In this document: positions 9,201 through 20,090 of the stretch, one piece after another
Layout: every line of letters starts with the position of its first letter
How positions within the stretch are numbered: position 1 is the stretch's first letter
From: a virus
Taxonomy: Duplodnaviria; Caudoviricetes
DNA length: 58,277 nucleotides
Direction: 5' to 3' (one strand)
Virus record (IMG/VR): IMGVR_UViG_3300037493_003821
Span: 1 to 58,277 of that record
The notes under the pieces: model-generated
Databases searched by the model: none
Told to the model about the DNA's origin: nothing
The model's input: only the letters and a program-made list of their open reading frames with translations
Made by a program: the position numbers and the translations under genes

Positions 9201-12200
9201 GAGATTGGATTCGGCGGAACAAAATCATCGAGAACTACGCAGGGAATTGGAAGATGCAAAAACCGTAGGACAGAAACTTTCCGCAGAAATGGAGCTTGTG
9301 GAGCAAGAGAACAGGATGCGCAGAATTGCGGGAGAGCCAGAACTAGAAACTTCTCGCCCTGTAACCGAAGCAGACCAGAAAGCCAGTAGGGACTATCTTG
9401 CGAAGCGAATTACCGAAGTTGAAGCTAAGATTAAGGCCGGAGAACCGCTGACTAAGCAGGACAGGGGTGATTGGGTGACTGGCGGTAGAAAGGCATCGGA
9501 ATTACCCAAAGAATCAGAACCCGTAGCTACCCCAACTGCTGAAAAACCAGCAGAACCAGCACCCGAAAACCTTCCGCCAAAAGTTGAAACCGCAATCCGA
9601 GAAGGCACAGCAACCCCGGATCAGCTTCAAATCGCAACCGAGCAACCCTTGTTATTCGACACCCCAAAGCAGAAGCGGGATGCGTTTGTGCTGCGCGATG
9701 CTTTGCGGCAGAAGATTGACGAGGTTGAAGCTGGCGATTACAGCGATAGTCAGGCGAGGAAGCACGCGAGACTCACGGAAATGTTGGGTAAAGTGGAAAA
9801 GCAGATCGCGGATAATGCTAAGTCAGCGGATAAGCCGGAACCCGTGGTTGAGCCAGCACCCGTTGCGAAGGATGAGCCAGCGCGGGATGCTAGTAAGATG
9901 GAGGAAGCGGTTGATCCCGCTGCCGAAGTTATGGGTTCTGTTTTTGAAACTACCGTAAGGACGCATGAGGGAGAGGCGAAAAAGATGTTTGCCGTTCAGC
10001 GCGGCGTAAATCGAGGTATGGGCGATAGGGTTTTCAATACACGGGAGCAGGCAGAGGCGTTTTCCAAAGAGCAAGAAGCCGATATAAAGCGTGCCGCCGA
10101 CAAGAAGTTGGCTATCGAAAAAGAAGCAGCCGATAAAGCGAAGGCAGAGGCGGAAAGACCTAGAACTGATGTAGAGATTTACACCGATGGCATGACGCCG
10201 ATGCAGCGCGGAAAGATTTCTGCAACGCTGTCCGAATACGGAGGAAAGCGGGCTGGCGGAAAAATGTATGACGGGACAAGGGCGCAAGTAACCAAGCAGT
10301 TATTAGAGGCTGGCTATGTCCCGAAATCGGTTGAGGTTTCTGCTGTTAAGGAGTTGTCGGGTAATCGCATGAACAAGATGGATCAGCGCGAGCAGGATGC
10401 GTATGAAGCCAAGAGGAAAAAGGCAGGAACTAAAACCGAGTATAGGCTTGAAAAGGGCGATGGAGATAGCGTTTTTACCGTCACGAAAGCAGAGCATGAT
10501 TATGCGGTTCACCTAAAAAGCAAGGAACCAACTGCTGAAAAACCAGCAGAACCCGCAAAGGCAGAACCCGCACCCGTCCTACGCAAAGGCGAAAATCAGG
10601 GTGACTTGCTCAAGGGAAGATCGGATGACGCTTTCAACCTAGTGGGCGAAAAGCAGGCTGCACCTAAACCAGCGGAGCCGCCCGGCCCGTCAAAAGAGAA
10701 AATGGCTGATGCCGCGATGCGGGCATACGGCAGCTACGAGAGAGCCATTGAATCGCTCAATGTGCAGATGGAAGGCAAAATATCGGCAGAAGCGAAACAA
10801 CGGGTCAAGATAACCATCAACGAGCTAGAGCGCAGACGCGATAACGAATTGCGTGCCGAAATGGAGAAGGAGCAGATGGACGCTGTTCGTGAACACGAAG
10901 ATAGCGGCGGCGATGAACTGCTGACTGTCCTCAAGAGGCTAGGCGGGTTGCCGTTGATCGGGAAGGAGACGGTTCTTAGTGGCGAGTTCAAACGGGTATT
11001 TGAGATGGAGCGCGGGAAGCATCTGCGCATGAAGTGGACGAGCAAGCTGCAAGGCAAGTCGCTGGATGCCATTCGTCAGGAGCTAGAGGGGCATGGGTTT
11101 TACTTTGAAACGCCAGTAGAGATGCTGGATGCAATCGGTAGAGCGATGCGCGGTGAACTGATTGTCGGTAGCGAGAAGCCGATGGAGGGTGGGCGGGAGG
11201 ACTTGTTCAACCGTCAATCCATATCCGAAAAAGCTCCCGAAAACTCGATGCACGTTAATGCGGTGCAGAAGGCAACCGATGCGCTACGAGCAAGGTTCAA
11301 GGGTGCTGCTGAGACTACGGTTGTAGCCGATGGAGAGCAGTTGCCGGAAGCCGTGAAAGCCAAGGCGAGAGCACAGGGCGTTGCTCTGAATCGCATTGGC
11401 GGGGCTGTGCACGACGGCAAGGTGTATCTGAACGCTGCCGGACTTAGCTCTCCTGCGCGTGCTGCCGAAGTATTCTTTCACGAACAAGCGGGTCACGTTG
11501 GCGTGGATGCGCTGTTGGACGGGTTATCGCCCAAGTCGTCGTCGCGGCTGATGGATGCGCTGAGAAGGGAGTTTCCCGAAGAATCGAAGTATGCGGAGAA
11601 ATGGTATGAGCCAGATGAGCATTTGTCGGAATCCTTGGCGCGTATCATGGAGAAGTTCGGCCCTAAATCCGATGCCACCCCAAGGGAGCAATCGCGCTAT
11701 CGCAGGGTAGTAGATTTCATTCGCACGATTCTCGCCAAATCCGGCATCAAGAATTGGAGCAAGAACGACATCGAAGCTCTGTTGCGCCGTGGCATTGATA
11801 AGGTTCGCAGGGGTGACGGGAAGGCGGATACTGGGGATACGAGACTTAGCATCAACGATGAACCTGGTGGTCGTTCTGAGCGGAAATCCAAGTGGGATGC
11901 TTATAAGAAGGACACAGCGGGCATGAGTCGCGCAGAGATTGATCGTTTTATTGAGTCAAAGCGAAAGGCAGAAGAAGAAAAGGATGATATGTTTGCCGCT
12001 GCGCCAAAAGCGGAACCGATCCTCATGTCGAGCAAGAACGCTTTCCAAGCGGAAGAAGCGCGGAAGCGCGGCGAATCCCCGATTGAATCGGATTTCTACC
12101 GCTCAAATCCAGAGGTAGCCGAAGCAGCGCGGGTAGCGATGGACAAGAACCCCGAAGCCGTGGATTCGGTGATTAGGCATTTGCTAGAGGAAGGACGGGA

Positions 12201-15200
12201 CACCCGCAAAATCTCTATACAGGAAGAAGCGATGTTGGTTCATCGTGGGTTTGATCTGAAACGTCAGATCATGTCGGCTGAACGGATTCTTGAAAACGAA
12301 AACAGCACACCCGCGCAAAAAGCAATGGCGCAGGATAACATTACAGATGCACAGACGAAACTGATTGAGCTTGCAAATGCCATGCACGCATCCGGCGAGG
12401 TATGGGGCGCGTTCGGTTCATTCCGTCAGCGGATATTCCAGGATGACTTTTCGCCAGCTTCAATGGCGAGAACGCTGGAAAAGGCGAAGAACGATAAATT
12501 GACCGATGCAGAAATTGCAGAAATCGAGATTGAAGCCAAAAACATTGAAAGGCTACGCGCCGAAAAGGAAAAGGCGGAAGAAGCTGCCGTGGATATTCAG
12601 CGCGACGATGCTGCACAGGATGCCTTCGACAAAGCTGCACGGTATCATCCGAAGGTGCTGGAATATGCGGAGGGTATCGTTTCCAAGTGGGAAGCGGAAG
12701 CGATCAAAGCGCGGAAGGATTTACGCGAGGCTATGGGCATGGCATCGGCCAACCCGCTTTCCCTCAAGGTTGCTGCTGCTTTGTTCAAGATTGCACGGGC
12801 TAAGATTGCTCGCGGATCGTTAAACGCTGCTGAGTTCACAACGGAAATGGTTGAAGAGTTTGGCGACTCGATAAAAACGGCAATCCAACCTGCGTGGAAT
12901 CTGGCGATGAAGGCTATCGGCAAGCTGGACGCTAACAAGGAGCGCAAGAAAACGCCCAAGCAGAAGAAAGCCGAAAAGACCGCAATGGACGAAGCGGAAT
13001 CCATCGAGGACGGGATCAAGGCTGTGGCGAAAGACCCGAAGGCGTTGAATGACGGATTTGATTCATACGTGAAGAAGCTGGCGAATGAGTATGTCCGTAT
13101 GGGCGAAACCACTGTTGCCGGGGTAATCGCCAAGCTGCACAAGTTCTTTGACCCGATGATGCCGGATTTGACCGACAATGCGTTGAAAGATGCTTGGACG
13201 GATTACGGCAAGGGCAAAGAGGCGACAACCGATCCAACGAAAATGCTGCAAAGCCAGCTACGCTACGAGGCGTTGTTGGAGCGCAAGATTTCAGAACTTG
13301 AAAAGCTGAAAAGCCCTGCGGCTACTGCCAGCAAGCGCGTGAAACAGACTGAGCGAGCCGGGCGATTGCTAAAGGAGATCGCGGAACTCAAGAAGAAGCT
13401 GCCGCCCGATGAGGGCAATGCCGCTGGACGGCTGCAATCCTCGCTGGATGCGATGGAGACTCGCGCCCGCAATCGCATTGCGGAACTGCGCTACGAGATT
13501 GCCAAGGGTGAACGCACGCTGAAACAAAAAGGACTGCCGCCGACAAGCCCTAAACTGGAAGCACTTCGCGCAGAGCTAGAGGAAGTTAAGGCGGAACATT
13601 TGGAAAGATTCGGCAAGCGTCAGATGACGGAAGAACAGAAGCTAAAGGCTGCAATCCGTTCGGCTGAGAACTCGGAGAAAAAGGCAGTCGCGGAACTAGT
13701 CAACGCGAGGAAAGGTATCTTCGCGCAACCAGCCACAAAAGGCGTCAGTCGGTTCATAGAGGTTGAGGCGATACGCGCACGGGCGGAAGCTGCGCGGGCT
13801 GAGACGAAGGCGTTGAAGGACATGGATACGGCGATACAGGAGGCGAAGAAAGTAGCTGCGCTGGAATCGCAAATCGAGAAGCTGGAATCCACCATTGCCG
13901 AAGGTAAGTTTGCGCCGAAAGAGCAAGAATCCGATCCTACCGTGGAGACGGAAGCTGTCACACAGTTACAAGCCAAGCGGGATGCGCTCGCTGCTGAGTT
14001 GGCTGAGAAGCGCAAGGCTGCGCGTCCTGTGCCGGATGCAGAGTTACGCGAGTTGAAGCGGCTGGAAAGCGAACTGGCATCACTCATGGTCGGTAGGGCG
14101 AAACCGCAGAAGAAGATGACGGTGGACACGGAACAACAGGCGTTTGCACGGGAGCAGCTTGCGGCAAAACGCGCTGAATTGGCTGAGATTCGGGCGAACG
14201 ATGACAACCTAAAGATTTCCAACAGAAAAGCGGCAATCCTTCGCCAGATGGCAGACCTAGCGGATCGCACGGCTCGCGGAGATTTTGCCCCTCGCAAGAA
14301 AAAGCCCGCACTCGATATATCCAAAGACCCGGACGCGATGAGGCTCTCGGTGAAGCTGGCAAAGCAGAAAGCGGATTTCGCAAAGCGCGTAGAGGAATAC
14401 AGGCTGGCGCATCTGACACCCGTGCAGCGCGGGTTGATCAATCTCGGCAAGACTTGGGATGCTACCCGTAATCTTTTCCTCTCATTCGATTTAAGCGCAT
14501 TTCTGCAAACGGCAGCAGCGGCAGCAGCGCACCCGTTGGAAGCAGGAAAGGCACTCGGCAAAGGGGCTAAGGCGTTTGCCTTCACCCTGTTCTCGGATCG
14601 TTACGCGCATGAGCTTCAAGAGCGGGCACGGCAGGAACCGCTATACAAGAACGGCACGTTCAAGAAGATGGGGCTGGAAATCAGCGAGACGATGGGTGAG
14701 GCGCGTGAGGAAAACATGGTGAACGTGTTGGAGCGATTAGCTGATGTTCAGACGCGCTGGAAGGATATGCCGGAAGCCGTGAAAAAGCTGATCGGGATGC
14801 GCGGTGTCAGGAATATAATCAGCGGGCCTATGGATATGTTGAAGTATGCTGGTTACAGAAGCGGCATCGGGCGCGGACTCAAGGGGAGCAACGTGGCGTT
14901 TGGAGCTATCGCGGGGCATATGCGCATTGTCATGGCGAAATCACTTCTTCGCCGTTGGTTTCAAGACGGCAACGCGACAGACGCACAGCTTAAACTTTTA
15001 GGCAAGCTGGCGAACACATTCACGGGCAAGGGCGGAATCAAAAACGGCGGTGCGCTGAATCGGCTTTTCTTTGCGCCTAACTACTACCTCTCGATTATGA
15101 AGGGGCTTTTTGGATTGGATATGTTTATTCACGCTGCTCCTGCTTTCGAGGGAAAAGCTATGGCAGCTATGGCAGAGGAATACGTGCGAGCAATCGCTAC

Positions 15201-15738
15201 TATCGTTACCGTTGGCAGTATCGCGTATTTGCTTGGAGATAGGGACAAGCAGGACATTAATCCGCTCAGTAGCAACTTTGGAAAACTTGTTCTAAAAAGC
15301 GGCACAACCATAGATTTATCAATGGGGCGCGGGGCTTACGTCACACAGCTTGCAAGATACCTTTATGGGATGACGAAAGAGAACGGCAAGTATGTAAAAC
15401 GCGATAGGAATACAGGGCTTGCGCTTTTCCTCGCTGGCAGGTTCTCGCGTGAAATCAAAATGGCTACCGCGATTCTGGACGGGAAATCATACGACAAGAA
15501 ACTGGAAGGGCCGTTGGATTACTTCAAAGAGTCGTCGGTTCCGCTCGCATGGCGCGATCTGGATAAGGTGCTGGAAAAAGAGGGCATCACCCGTGGCGCA
15601 TTCCTGCAAATGCTCAACCTTCTCGGCATCACTTCGCGCATCCCCGATGAGAAAAAAAGCAGCGGAAGTTCAGTAAAAAGCATGGAGAGTCAAATCAAGC
15701 GCGAGATAAGAGATGACGTAGGTAAAATCGGTCTTTGA
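6268..15738 (+). CDS. Giant ejection / large polyvalent protein (3156 aa)
   Basis: Third ejection gene; N-terminal ELLDES x3; zincin-like HEQAGH at 11479-11496; coiled coils; repeated PTA(K/E)KPA linkers. Confidence 0.75.
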   Translation: MALELLDESPALAGMELLDESSAMGGMELVDESPKESITPSQDYGGAGTAGNDGLIEPGNINLNNRPKVKNKDGSISTVRSIGIQVDGKEFLIPTVSDDGRIMSNEEAVNQFRTTKKHLGAFKTSADADNYARKLHDSQAAQYVDSAGTANDPYPVTDYEALHPNVQKYLKDNPTVAGMAMGGGENGTDANEPRTIIVNPHNKYMSDPVKRDGLIKIEAVRHLMGESGYKANFAVTPKQKEWQKTLGAYANNDEAFKHSIISRLVAHDDVPDATPEQIAEARRFELELKKRKQSPAPATDPYPAPPAWMATPDLPEAPPEVAQQARYAHELMGHGIDSITLSSKLDWSGELSPEQKWTEQNRRSAEAMIERDELKAKIKTPSRLSQEPYNPTSALTPEYRATAQAEDRVKQLDAQIASLEESTKSQTVLDYEKRARDKEKEQMDLEQMRERIKKEIYGEGPNPLWGGILSLGGALAGQVGGAAAFVTRNHEQGSLAYNMSSVENEIKQYVGVNDSTASRIAMTIGQTLGLIVGPTGKSGLARKAFGLSTVARAGVHAYGSALASGADEGQAQKSMVMSVVEMAAFLGLAHKGKGVIEGIVGKLSKGASPAALAAEEMLKSGVANMGASGALRFAHGEGFAPTLESTVTDWTFAAHGGMNAFGQRRAGMAAVAKADAMRGTLFPEGATEVKTGYDAVVHTATTSELFSALVNRQKELAQKPTRTKAEEKELKELDAVDGDHLSIKKILDAKAKEAGIQRVRDTDRTEFEQAIKEKIAELKSRELDGQEERLLETLESQPIEAIATMYGKRLSEPVSSQAGMQQQPINVNVVPEPAPTAKKPAAPAATAANPLHEAGADKNTTAINVTTKTGDAGNSRSNSIGFSSEAEAAKYIAEERAKNPDAVITASGVDQYGLSKAEVAKAVDRLNAEPAPTAKKPAEQDIDANRVPLAYNDRRALRDRAQAAVDALPRMQRVHAQKRLDSAEQNHRELRRELEDAKTVGQKLSAEMELVEQENRMRRIAGEPELETSRPVTEADQKASRDYLAKRITEVEAKIKAGEPLTKQDRGDWVTGGRKASELPKESEPVATPTAEKPAEPAPENLPPKVETAIREGTATPDQLQIATEQPLLFDTPKQKRDAFVLRDALRQKIDEVEAGDYSDSQARKHARLTEMLGKVEKQIADNAKSADKPEPVVEPAPVAKDEPARDASKMEEAVDPAAEVMGSVFETTVRTHEGEAKKMFAVQRGVNRGMGDRVFNTREQAEAFSKEQEADIKRAADKKLAIEKEAADKAKAEAERPRTDVEIYTDGMTPMQRGKISATLSEYGGKRAGGKMYDGTRAQVTKQLLEAGYVPKSVEVSAVKELSGNRMNKMDQREQDAYEAKRKKAGTKTEYRLEKGDGDSVFTVTKAEHDYAVHLKSKEPTAEKPAEPAKAEPAPVLRKGENQGDLLKGRSDDAFNLVGEKQAAPKPAEPPGPSKEKMADAAMRAYGSYERAIESLNVQMEGKISAEAKQRVKITINELERRRDNELRAEMEKEQMDAVREHEDSGGDELLTVLKRLGGLPLIGKETVLSGEFKRVFEMERGKHLRMKWTSKLQGKSLDAIRQELEGHGFYFETPVEMLDAIGRAMRGELIVGSEKPMEGGREDLFNRQSISEKAPENSMHVNAVQKATDALRARFKGAAETTVVADGEQLPEAVKAKARAQGVALNRIGGAVHDGKVYLNAAGLSSPARAAEVFFHEQAGHVGVDALLDGLSPKSSSRLMDALRREFPEESKYAEKWYEPDEHLSESLARIMEKFGPKSDATPREQSRYRRVVDFIRTILAKSGIKNWSKNDIEALLRRGIDKVRRGDGKADTGDTRLSINDEPGGRSERKSKWDAYKKDTAGMSRAEIDRFIESKRKAEEEKDDMFAAAPKAEPILMSSKNAFQAEEARKRGESPIESDFYRSNPEVAEAARVAMDKNPEAVDSVIRHLLEEGRDTRKISIQEEAMLVHRGFDLKRQIMSAERILENENSTPAQKAMAQDNITDAQTKLIELANAMHASGEVWGAFGSFRQRIFQDDFSPASMARTLEKAKNDKLTDAEIAEIEIEAKNIERLRAEKEKAEEAAVDIQRDDAAQDAFDKAARYHPKVLEYAEGIVSKWEAEAIKARKDLREAMGMASANPLSLKVAAALFKIARAKIARGSLNAAEFTTEMVEEFGDSIKTAIQPAWNLAMKAIGKLDANKERKKTPKQKKAEKTAMDEAESIEDGIKAVAKDPKALNDGFDSYVKKLANEYVRMGETTVAGVIAKLHKFFDPMMPDLTDNALKDAWTDYGKGKEATTDPTKMLQSQLRYEALLERKISELEKLKSPAATASKRVKQTERAGRLLKEIAELKKKLPPDEGNAAGRLQSSLDAMETRARNRIAELRYEIAKGERTLKQKGLPPTSPKLEALRAELEEVKAEHLERFGKRQMTEEQKLKAAIRSAENSEKKAVAELVNARKGIFAQPATKGVSRFIEVEAIRARAEAARAETKALKDMDTAIQEAKKVAALESQIEKLESTIAEGKFAPKEQESDPTVETEAVTQLQAKRDALAAELAEKRKAARPVPDAELRELKRLESELASLMVGRAKPQKKMTVDTEQQAFAREQLAAKRAELAEIRANDDNLKISNRKAAILRQMADLADRTARGDFAPRKKKPALDISKDPDAMRLSVKLAKQKADFAKRVEEYRLAHLTPVQRGLINLGKTWDATRNLFLSFDLSAFLQTAAAAAAHPLEAGKALGKGAKAFAFTLFSDRYAHELQERARQEPLYKNGTFKKMGLEISETMGEAREENMVNVLERLADVQTRWKDMPEAVKKLIGMRGVRNIISGPMDMLKYAGYRSGIGRGLKGSNVAFGAIAGHMRIVMAKSLLRRWFQDGNATDAQLKLLGKLANTFTGKGGIKNGGALNRLFFAPNYYLSIMKGLFGLDMFIHAAPAFEGKAMAAMAEEYVRAIATIVTVGSIAYLLGDRDKQDINPLSSNFGKLVLKSGTTIDLSMGRGAYVTQLARYLYGMTKENGKYVKRDRNTGLALFLAGRFSREIKMATAILDGKSYDKKLEGPLDYFKESSVPLAWRDLDKVLEKEGITRGAFLQMLNLLGITSRIPDEKKSSGSSVKSMESQIKREIRDDVGKIGL

Positions 15739-15794
15739 TATGCCCGACTATCAAGGTATCATAATAAAGTATTTAAGTCTTTTTGCATTTTAGT

Positions 15795-15826
15795 TATTGA
15801 CGGGATTTCGGGCATCTGCTTTAAGT
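15795..15826 (+). promoter_or_regulatory. Promoter of the replication/middle operon
   Basis: TATTGACG -35 in an AT-rich gap; weak -10 (TTAAGT) 7 nt before GTG 15834. Confidence 0.5.
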
Positions 15827-15833
15827 GGAATCC

Positions 15834-15989
15834 GTGAAAACAACCGACAAGAAACCGAAAGAAAAAGAGGTCGTAAAAACCCTCAACATTGATGCCTCGC
15901 TGCATCAGCGCATTCGCATTGCGGCTGCGCAGGAAGGCGTATCAATAAAGCAATGGATCAAGTTCGCTCTTGAAGCGATGCTGCCATGA
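15834..15989 (+). CDS. Ribbon-helix-helix DNA-binding protein, 51 aa (not in ORF track)
   Basis: MKTTDKKPKEKEVVKTLNIDASLHQRIRIAAAQEGVSIKQWIKFALEAMLP matches the Arc/HicB-C RHH pattern. Confidence 0.7.
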   Translation: MKTTDKKPKEKEVVKTLNIDASLHQRIRIAAAQEGVSIKQWIKFALEAMLP

Positions 15990-16126
15990 AGAAGTCCATC
16001 GAACAACTCAACCGCGAAGCCAACCGCGCACTAGCGCAATACCGGAAGGCTCGCAACGTCACAACCCTGCTCCTGATCGCTATTATCCTTAGCGGCATCA
16101 TGGTGGCAATTATCTACTCGCTATGA
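15986..16126 (+). CDS. Small single-TM membrane protein, 46 aa (not in ORF track)
   Basis: MKKSIEQLNREANRALAQYRKARNVTTLLLIAIILSGIMVAIIYSL; ATGA overlaps at both ends. Confidence 0.6.
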   Translation: MKKSIEQLNREANRALAQYRKARNVTTLLLIAIILSGIMVAIIYSL

Positions 16127-16326
16127 ACGATCCACATCAAGCTGCTGCAATCGAAGTATGGGATGCGATTCCGCACATGAACCGAACCACGACAACCCGC
16201 GCCGACTTCATCACGGCATTCACTTTAGGCAGAGTCTCCATGAAAGCCTGCTACGACAAATCGGAACTCCTGCGAGTGGGCGATGAGCCAAAACACTTTA
16301 GTCAAACAACAACAACAACCAAATAA
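16123..16326 (+). CDS. Hypothetical protein
   Basis: ATGA-coupled ORF within the operon. Confidence 0.5.
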   Translation: MNDPHQAAAIEVWDAIPHMNRTTTTRADFITAFTLGRVSMKACYDKSELLRVGDEPKHFSQTTTTTK

Positions 16327-16332
16327 ACAACA

Positions 16333-16914
16333 ATGAGTAACATCGTATTACGTAACGTCCGTCTATCCTTCCCTGCGCTCTGGAAGCCCAAAGCTGCCCA
16401 AGGTGGCGGCACACCCAAGTTCAGCGCATCCCTGCTGCTGGACAAAGCAACCAACGCCAAGGACATTGCCGCTGTCAAAGCCGCAATGTCGGAAGTGGGC
16501 AAAGCTAAATGGCCTACCGGAATCCCGAAAGGCTGCACCCCTTGCCTCAAGGAAGGCAACAGCAAAGATTACGACGGCTACGACGATAGCAATATGTTCG
16601 TCAGTGCGTCGTCCGATAAACGCCCGGTGATCGTGGACACCGATCCAACGGTTGCGCTGGTGGAAGAAGATGGGAAGCCTTATGCGGGCTGCATCATCAA
16701 CGCCAGCATCCGGCTATGGGCGCAAGATAACCAATTCGGCAAGCGCATCAACGCCCAACTCACGGGCATCCAGTTTGTCGAGGACGGTGAAGCGTTTGGC
16801 GATGCACCCTTGAATGCGGTGGATGTGTTTGGAGCGGTTGCAGGGAAGCCCGCTGCCAAGTCCACCACGAAACCCGAAGCAACGGAAGTCGTTGCCGACG
16901 ACATCCCTTGGTAG
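16333..16914 (+). CDS. ssDNA-binding protein (DUF2815 / gp2.5-like)
   Basis: NVRLSFPALW, YAGC, GKRINAQLTGIQF, acidic-aromatic tail DDIPW. Confidence 0.85.
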   Translation: MSNIVLRNVRLSFPALWKPKAAQGGGTPKFSASLLLDKATNAKDIAAVKAAMSEVGKAKWPTGIPKGCTPCLKEGNSKDYDGYDDSNMFVSASSDKRPVIVDTDPTVALVEEDGKPYAGCIINASIRLWAQDNQFGKRINAQLTGIQFVEDGEAFGDAPLNAVDVFGAVAGKPAAKSTTKPEATEVVADDIPW

Positions 16915-17021
16915 TCGAAACAACACTTTAGCGGAGTTGTTACCGCTGAACGGATAAACGCAATTCGTGTGTTCACAACAGCGTGACAGGTCGGAGAGAC
17001 GGCCACTTACTTTTACTTTTT

Positions 17022-17816
17022 ATGCACATCACCAACGGAATCCACAAAGGTCTAGCTGACCCAACTTACCGCGCAATCGAAGGACTCTCGCAAAGCGCGA
17101 TGAAGTCTTTAATGAGAAGCCCCGGTCACTTCAAACATCAACAGGAGAACCCGCGCACCGGAACCCCTGCTATGATTATGGGACGCTTGTTCCATCATCT
17201 CGCTCTCACCCCCGACGTTGCCCCGTGGTGGGCTATCAAGCCGGATGGGATGTCGTTTGCCACAAAGGAGGGCAAGGCATGGCGTGCAGAGCAGACAGGG
17301 GAAATCGTGAGTCAGGATCAATGGGAGCAGAGCAAGGGCATGGCTATGGCTGTGCGCCAGCATCCATCACTCCCGACTTTCGAGGCAACCGAAGTGTCGG
17401 TGTTCGGGGAGATGGACGGGGTGACGGTCAAGGCTAGGCTGGATGCGCTGGCTGGAGATATATGGGACTTGAAATCAACCGATGACGCGAGGCCGGAAGG
17501 ATTCGGCAAATCCATCTTCACCTACGGCTACTACATCCAAGCAGCGTTCTACCTTGATCTCTACAACGAGTTTGCGACGAAAAAGGCTGAGTCGTTTTAC
17601 TTCGTCGCGGTTGAATCTGAGCCACCGCACGGTTGCCGGATTTACCGCCTATCCGATGCTGCCGTGGAGCAGGGGCGCAACGAATACAGGAAGCTCCTTC
17701 AAGTGTTCAAGTTCTGCGCGGCTCACAATAGCTGGCCTATCTATGCCGATGAAGTATCGGAAATCGGGTTGCCGGGGTGGGCGATTAAAGAGGTTCCAGC
17801 CAATTTATTCCTATGA
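17022..17816 (+). CDS. RecE/exonuclease VIII-like PD-(D/E)XK nuclease (DUF3799)
   Basis: LSQSAMK, KARLD, WDLKST, YYIQAAFY, FYFVAVESEPP. Confidence 0.85.
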   Translation: MHITNGIHKGLADPTYRAIEGLSQSAMKSLMRSPGHFKHQQENPRTGTPAMIMGRLFHHLALTPDVAPWWAIKPDGMSFATKEGKAWRAEQTGEIVSQDQWEQSKGMAMAVRQHPSLPTFEATEVSVFGEMDGVTVKARLDALAGDIWDLKSTDDARPEGFGKSIFTYGYYIQAAFYLDLYNEFATKKAESFYFVAVESEPPHGCRIYRLSDAAVEQGRNEYRKLLQVFKFCAAHNSWPIYADEVSEIGLPGWAIKEVPANLFL

Positions 17817-18052
17817 ACGCTACACCAATAGATGACGGCGGGGACGCTTTCCCGCATCCAGATGGCAGCTTCGGTATGTCCCTGCGCGACTACTTCGCGG
17901 CGGCGTTAATGCCTTCAATTATGTTAAGGCGGTTTCAAATTATTGATGAAAACGAGGAAGAAAGAGGCATAGGAATTGAAACCAAAGAATTAGCCGAAGC
18001 TGCATACATAGCAGCCGATGCCATGCTCAAGGCACGAAATGAGCAGCTATGA
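17813..18052 (+). CDS. Conserved small phage protein (GGxAFP...GMSLRDYFAA type)
   Basis: GGDAFP, GMSLRDYFAA, AYIAADAMLKAR. Confidence 0.7.
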   Translation: MNATPIDDGGDAFPHPDGSFGMSLRDYFAAALMPSIMLRRFQIIDENEEERGIGIETKELAEAAYIAADAMLKARNEQL

Positions 18053-18189
18053 ACAACCCCGACACCGATTGCCGCAAATGCGGTGCGCCGATGAACCTTG
18101 TCGCCACATCCAATTTCACGATTACAGGGTATCGCTGCGAAAAGTGCGACCACTGGTTGGAGCGCAGGAAACCGAGGAAAAAGAAATAG
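18049..18189 (+). CDS. Small zinc-ribbon protein, 46 aa (not in ORF track)
   Basis: CRKC...CEKC with basic tail; ATGA overlap. Confidence 0.55.
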   Translation: MNNPDTDCRKCGAPMNLVATSNFTITGYRCEKCDHWLERRKPRKKK

Positions 18190-18190
18190 C

Positions 18191-18430
18191 ATGAAACACT
18201 CCTTTCGCAATTCAACCGGATCGGAAGTCCTCATTGACAGCAAGATGACGCTGCGCCAACTGATTGAAGCGGGCGTTGTTTCTATCCGACTATGCAAAGA
18301 CTCGGAGCCGCTTGAACTGAATTGGTGGCGCGAATCAGGAGCGGTGGATTGCGAGTATTGCAGGGGCCGAAGCAAACGAGACAAGGCGCATTGCGCTCTT
18401 TGCAGCGGAACCGGAAAAGTAATGACGTAA
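18191..18430 (+). CDS. Hypothetical protein with DnaJ-like CxxCxG motifs
   Basis: CEYCRG...CALCSGTG. Confidence 0.5.
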   Translation: MKHSFRNSTGSEVLIDSKMTLRQLIEAGVVSIRLCKDSEPLELNWWRESGAVDCEYCRGRSKRDKAHCALCSGTGKVMT

Positions 18431-18544
18431 ACACGTAAATAAATGCAATCGCAACTGTCTATCCCTGATTCAGTTAAAAACAATGTTCAACTTTGTTCAA
18501 CAATCCACTTGAACCCACGCCGAATCTCACATACAAGACGCTCT

Positions 18545-19444
18545 ATGTTCGCTAAAGTTTTCTCTCAAATCTTCGATTCCTCCATAGCCGAAAGCCATAC
18601 GGTCAGGCATATCTTCATGGACTTGCTGGTTCTGGCCGATGCAACGGGAGTCGTGGATATGACGATTCACGCCATATCCCGGCGCATCAATGTTCCGCTG
18701 GAAGATGTTCGTGCGGCAATCGAGAAGCTGGCAAGCCCTGATCCACTGTCGCGCTCAGAGAACGAGGAAGGGCGCAGGATTGTCTTGATTGACTCGCATC
18801 GGGATTGGGGCTGGCAGATTGTGAACTACGAGCATTACCGCAAGACTCAGGATGAAGATGCTCGCCGCTCTTATTTCCGAGATTACCGAAAGCAGGAAAG
18901 AGAGAAGAAGCGTGCAACTCTGTTCAATGATGTTCAAGTCGGTTCAACCGAGTTCAATAATGTCACACATGGAGAGGGAGATGCAGAGGAAAAAGAAAAA
19001 CAATACAGCGAAAAAGGCGGGAGATTTGCGGAATGGTTCAAAACCCTCTTACCGAAGAACACGAATACCCCATCTGGCTTTAAGGAGAAATGGGCGAATT
19101 GCTATGACGCCATGATTCGGTTGGACAAGAGAACCGATGAACAAATCATGTCAGTCTGCAAATGGGCTAGGAGCGATAGCTTTTGGAGTTCAAACTTTCA
19201 AAGCCCGTTGAAGCTAAGGAATCGAAACAAGGAAGGCGTTCAATACTTTGATGTGTTAATGGGAAAGATGAATCCCGCTCCTGCCCGTCCCGTTAAATCC
19301 CGTGGTCAATGTATTGGTGAAGCCGGACAACGCTATGCGATGCTAACGGATTACAACGATTGGCCGAAACGTCCTGACGGGACTAACCAGACACCCGATG
19401 AAGTCGGGGATGCGGATTGGCGGAAACAACTACCAGCACTATGA
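18545..19444 (+). CDS. Phage replication initiator protein
   Basis: FAKVFSQIFDSSI, GWQIVNYEHYR wHTH, linker, WARSDSFW...SPLKLR C-domain; upstream of DnaB. Confidence 0.75.
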   Translation: MFAKVFSQIFDSSIAESHTVRHIFMDLLVLADATGVVDMTIHAISRRINVPLEDVRAAIEKLASPDPLSRSENEEGRRIVLIDSHRDWGWQIVNYEHYRKTQDEDARRSYFRDYRKQEREKKRATLFNDVQVGSTEFNNVTHGEGDAEEKEKQYSEKGGRFAEWFKTLLPKNTNTPSGFKEKWANCYDAMIRLDKRTDEQIMSVCKWARSDSFWSSNFQSPLKLRNRNKEGVQYFDVLMGKMNPAPARPVKSRGQCIGEAGQRYAMLTDYNDWPKRPDGTNQTPDEVGDADWRKQLPAL

Positions 19445-19656
19445 ATCAGATACAGCTTATCAAGGCAATACTGCGTGACCTAAAGGTTGTTGCCGATAAA
19501 TACGTCAACGATCCGCATACACCGTATGCACTAAGCTACGCTCTGACTACCGCGCTTGTCGGCTTGCAGCTAGGGCTTCAAGGTGGAAGCAAGGACAGGG
19601 CACTAGAAGCGATTTCCAGCTACATCAATTCAGTCGTAAAGACTCAAATCCCATGA
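19441..19656 (+). CDS. Hypothetical protein
   Basis: ATGA-coupled ORF. Confidence 0.5.
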   Translation: MNQIQLIKAILRDLKVVADKYVNDPHTPYALSYALTTALVGLQLGLQGGSKDRALEAISSYINSVVKTQIP

Positions 19657-20090
19657 ACGCACAACCCGAACTCGACTTCTCCGCCCCTGATCCCCGGCGC
19701 AGAACCCGCACGGATCAGATACTTGACGCATTTGCCAAGTTTCATTCAGATAACCCCGAAGTATGGGCATTATTCCAGCGGTTCGCGCTCAATGTCATAT
19801 CAAGCGGACGCGCCAACTATTCAGCAAACGCAATCTTTGAGCGGATCAGGTGGCACACCGAAATCGAAACCAACACCGCCGAAGTAAAACTAAGCAACAA
19901 CTTCCGCGCTTACTATGCGAGAATGTTCCACTTAGCGCATCCTTTGCATGATGGGTTTTTCCGCAACAGGAAGCTGCGTAGCGAGGAATCGGACGCAAGC
20001 GATACCGATGTGCAGGTATTCAACACCGAGCCTCCATCAGAGGAAGAAGCAATCAATAATAGACTCAAGGACATTTTAGAAAAGCTATGA
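19653..20090 (+). CDS. Conserved hypothetical phage protein
   Basis: FHSDNPEV...ERIRW...SNNFRAYYAR...GFFR; coupled ORF. Confidence 0.6.
   Translation: MNAQPELDFSAPDPRRRTRTDQILDAFAKFHSDNPEVWALFQRFALNVISSGRANYSANAIFERIRWHTEIETNTAEVKLSNNFRAYYARMFHLAHPLHDGFFRNRKLRSEESDASDTDVQVFNTEPPSEEEAINNRLKDILEKL

Noticed and set aside
13620-14585. 321-aa antisense ORF inside the giant gene (also 50545..51516 opposite the capsid)
   Set aside because: Typical shadow ORFs of biased coding strands, with no recognisable motifs
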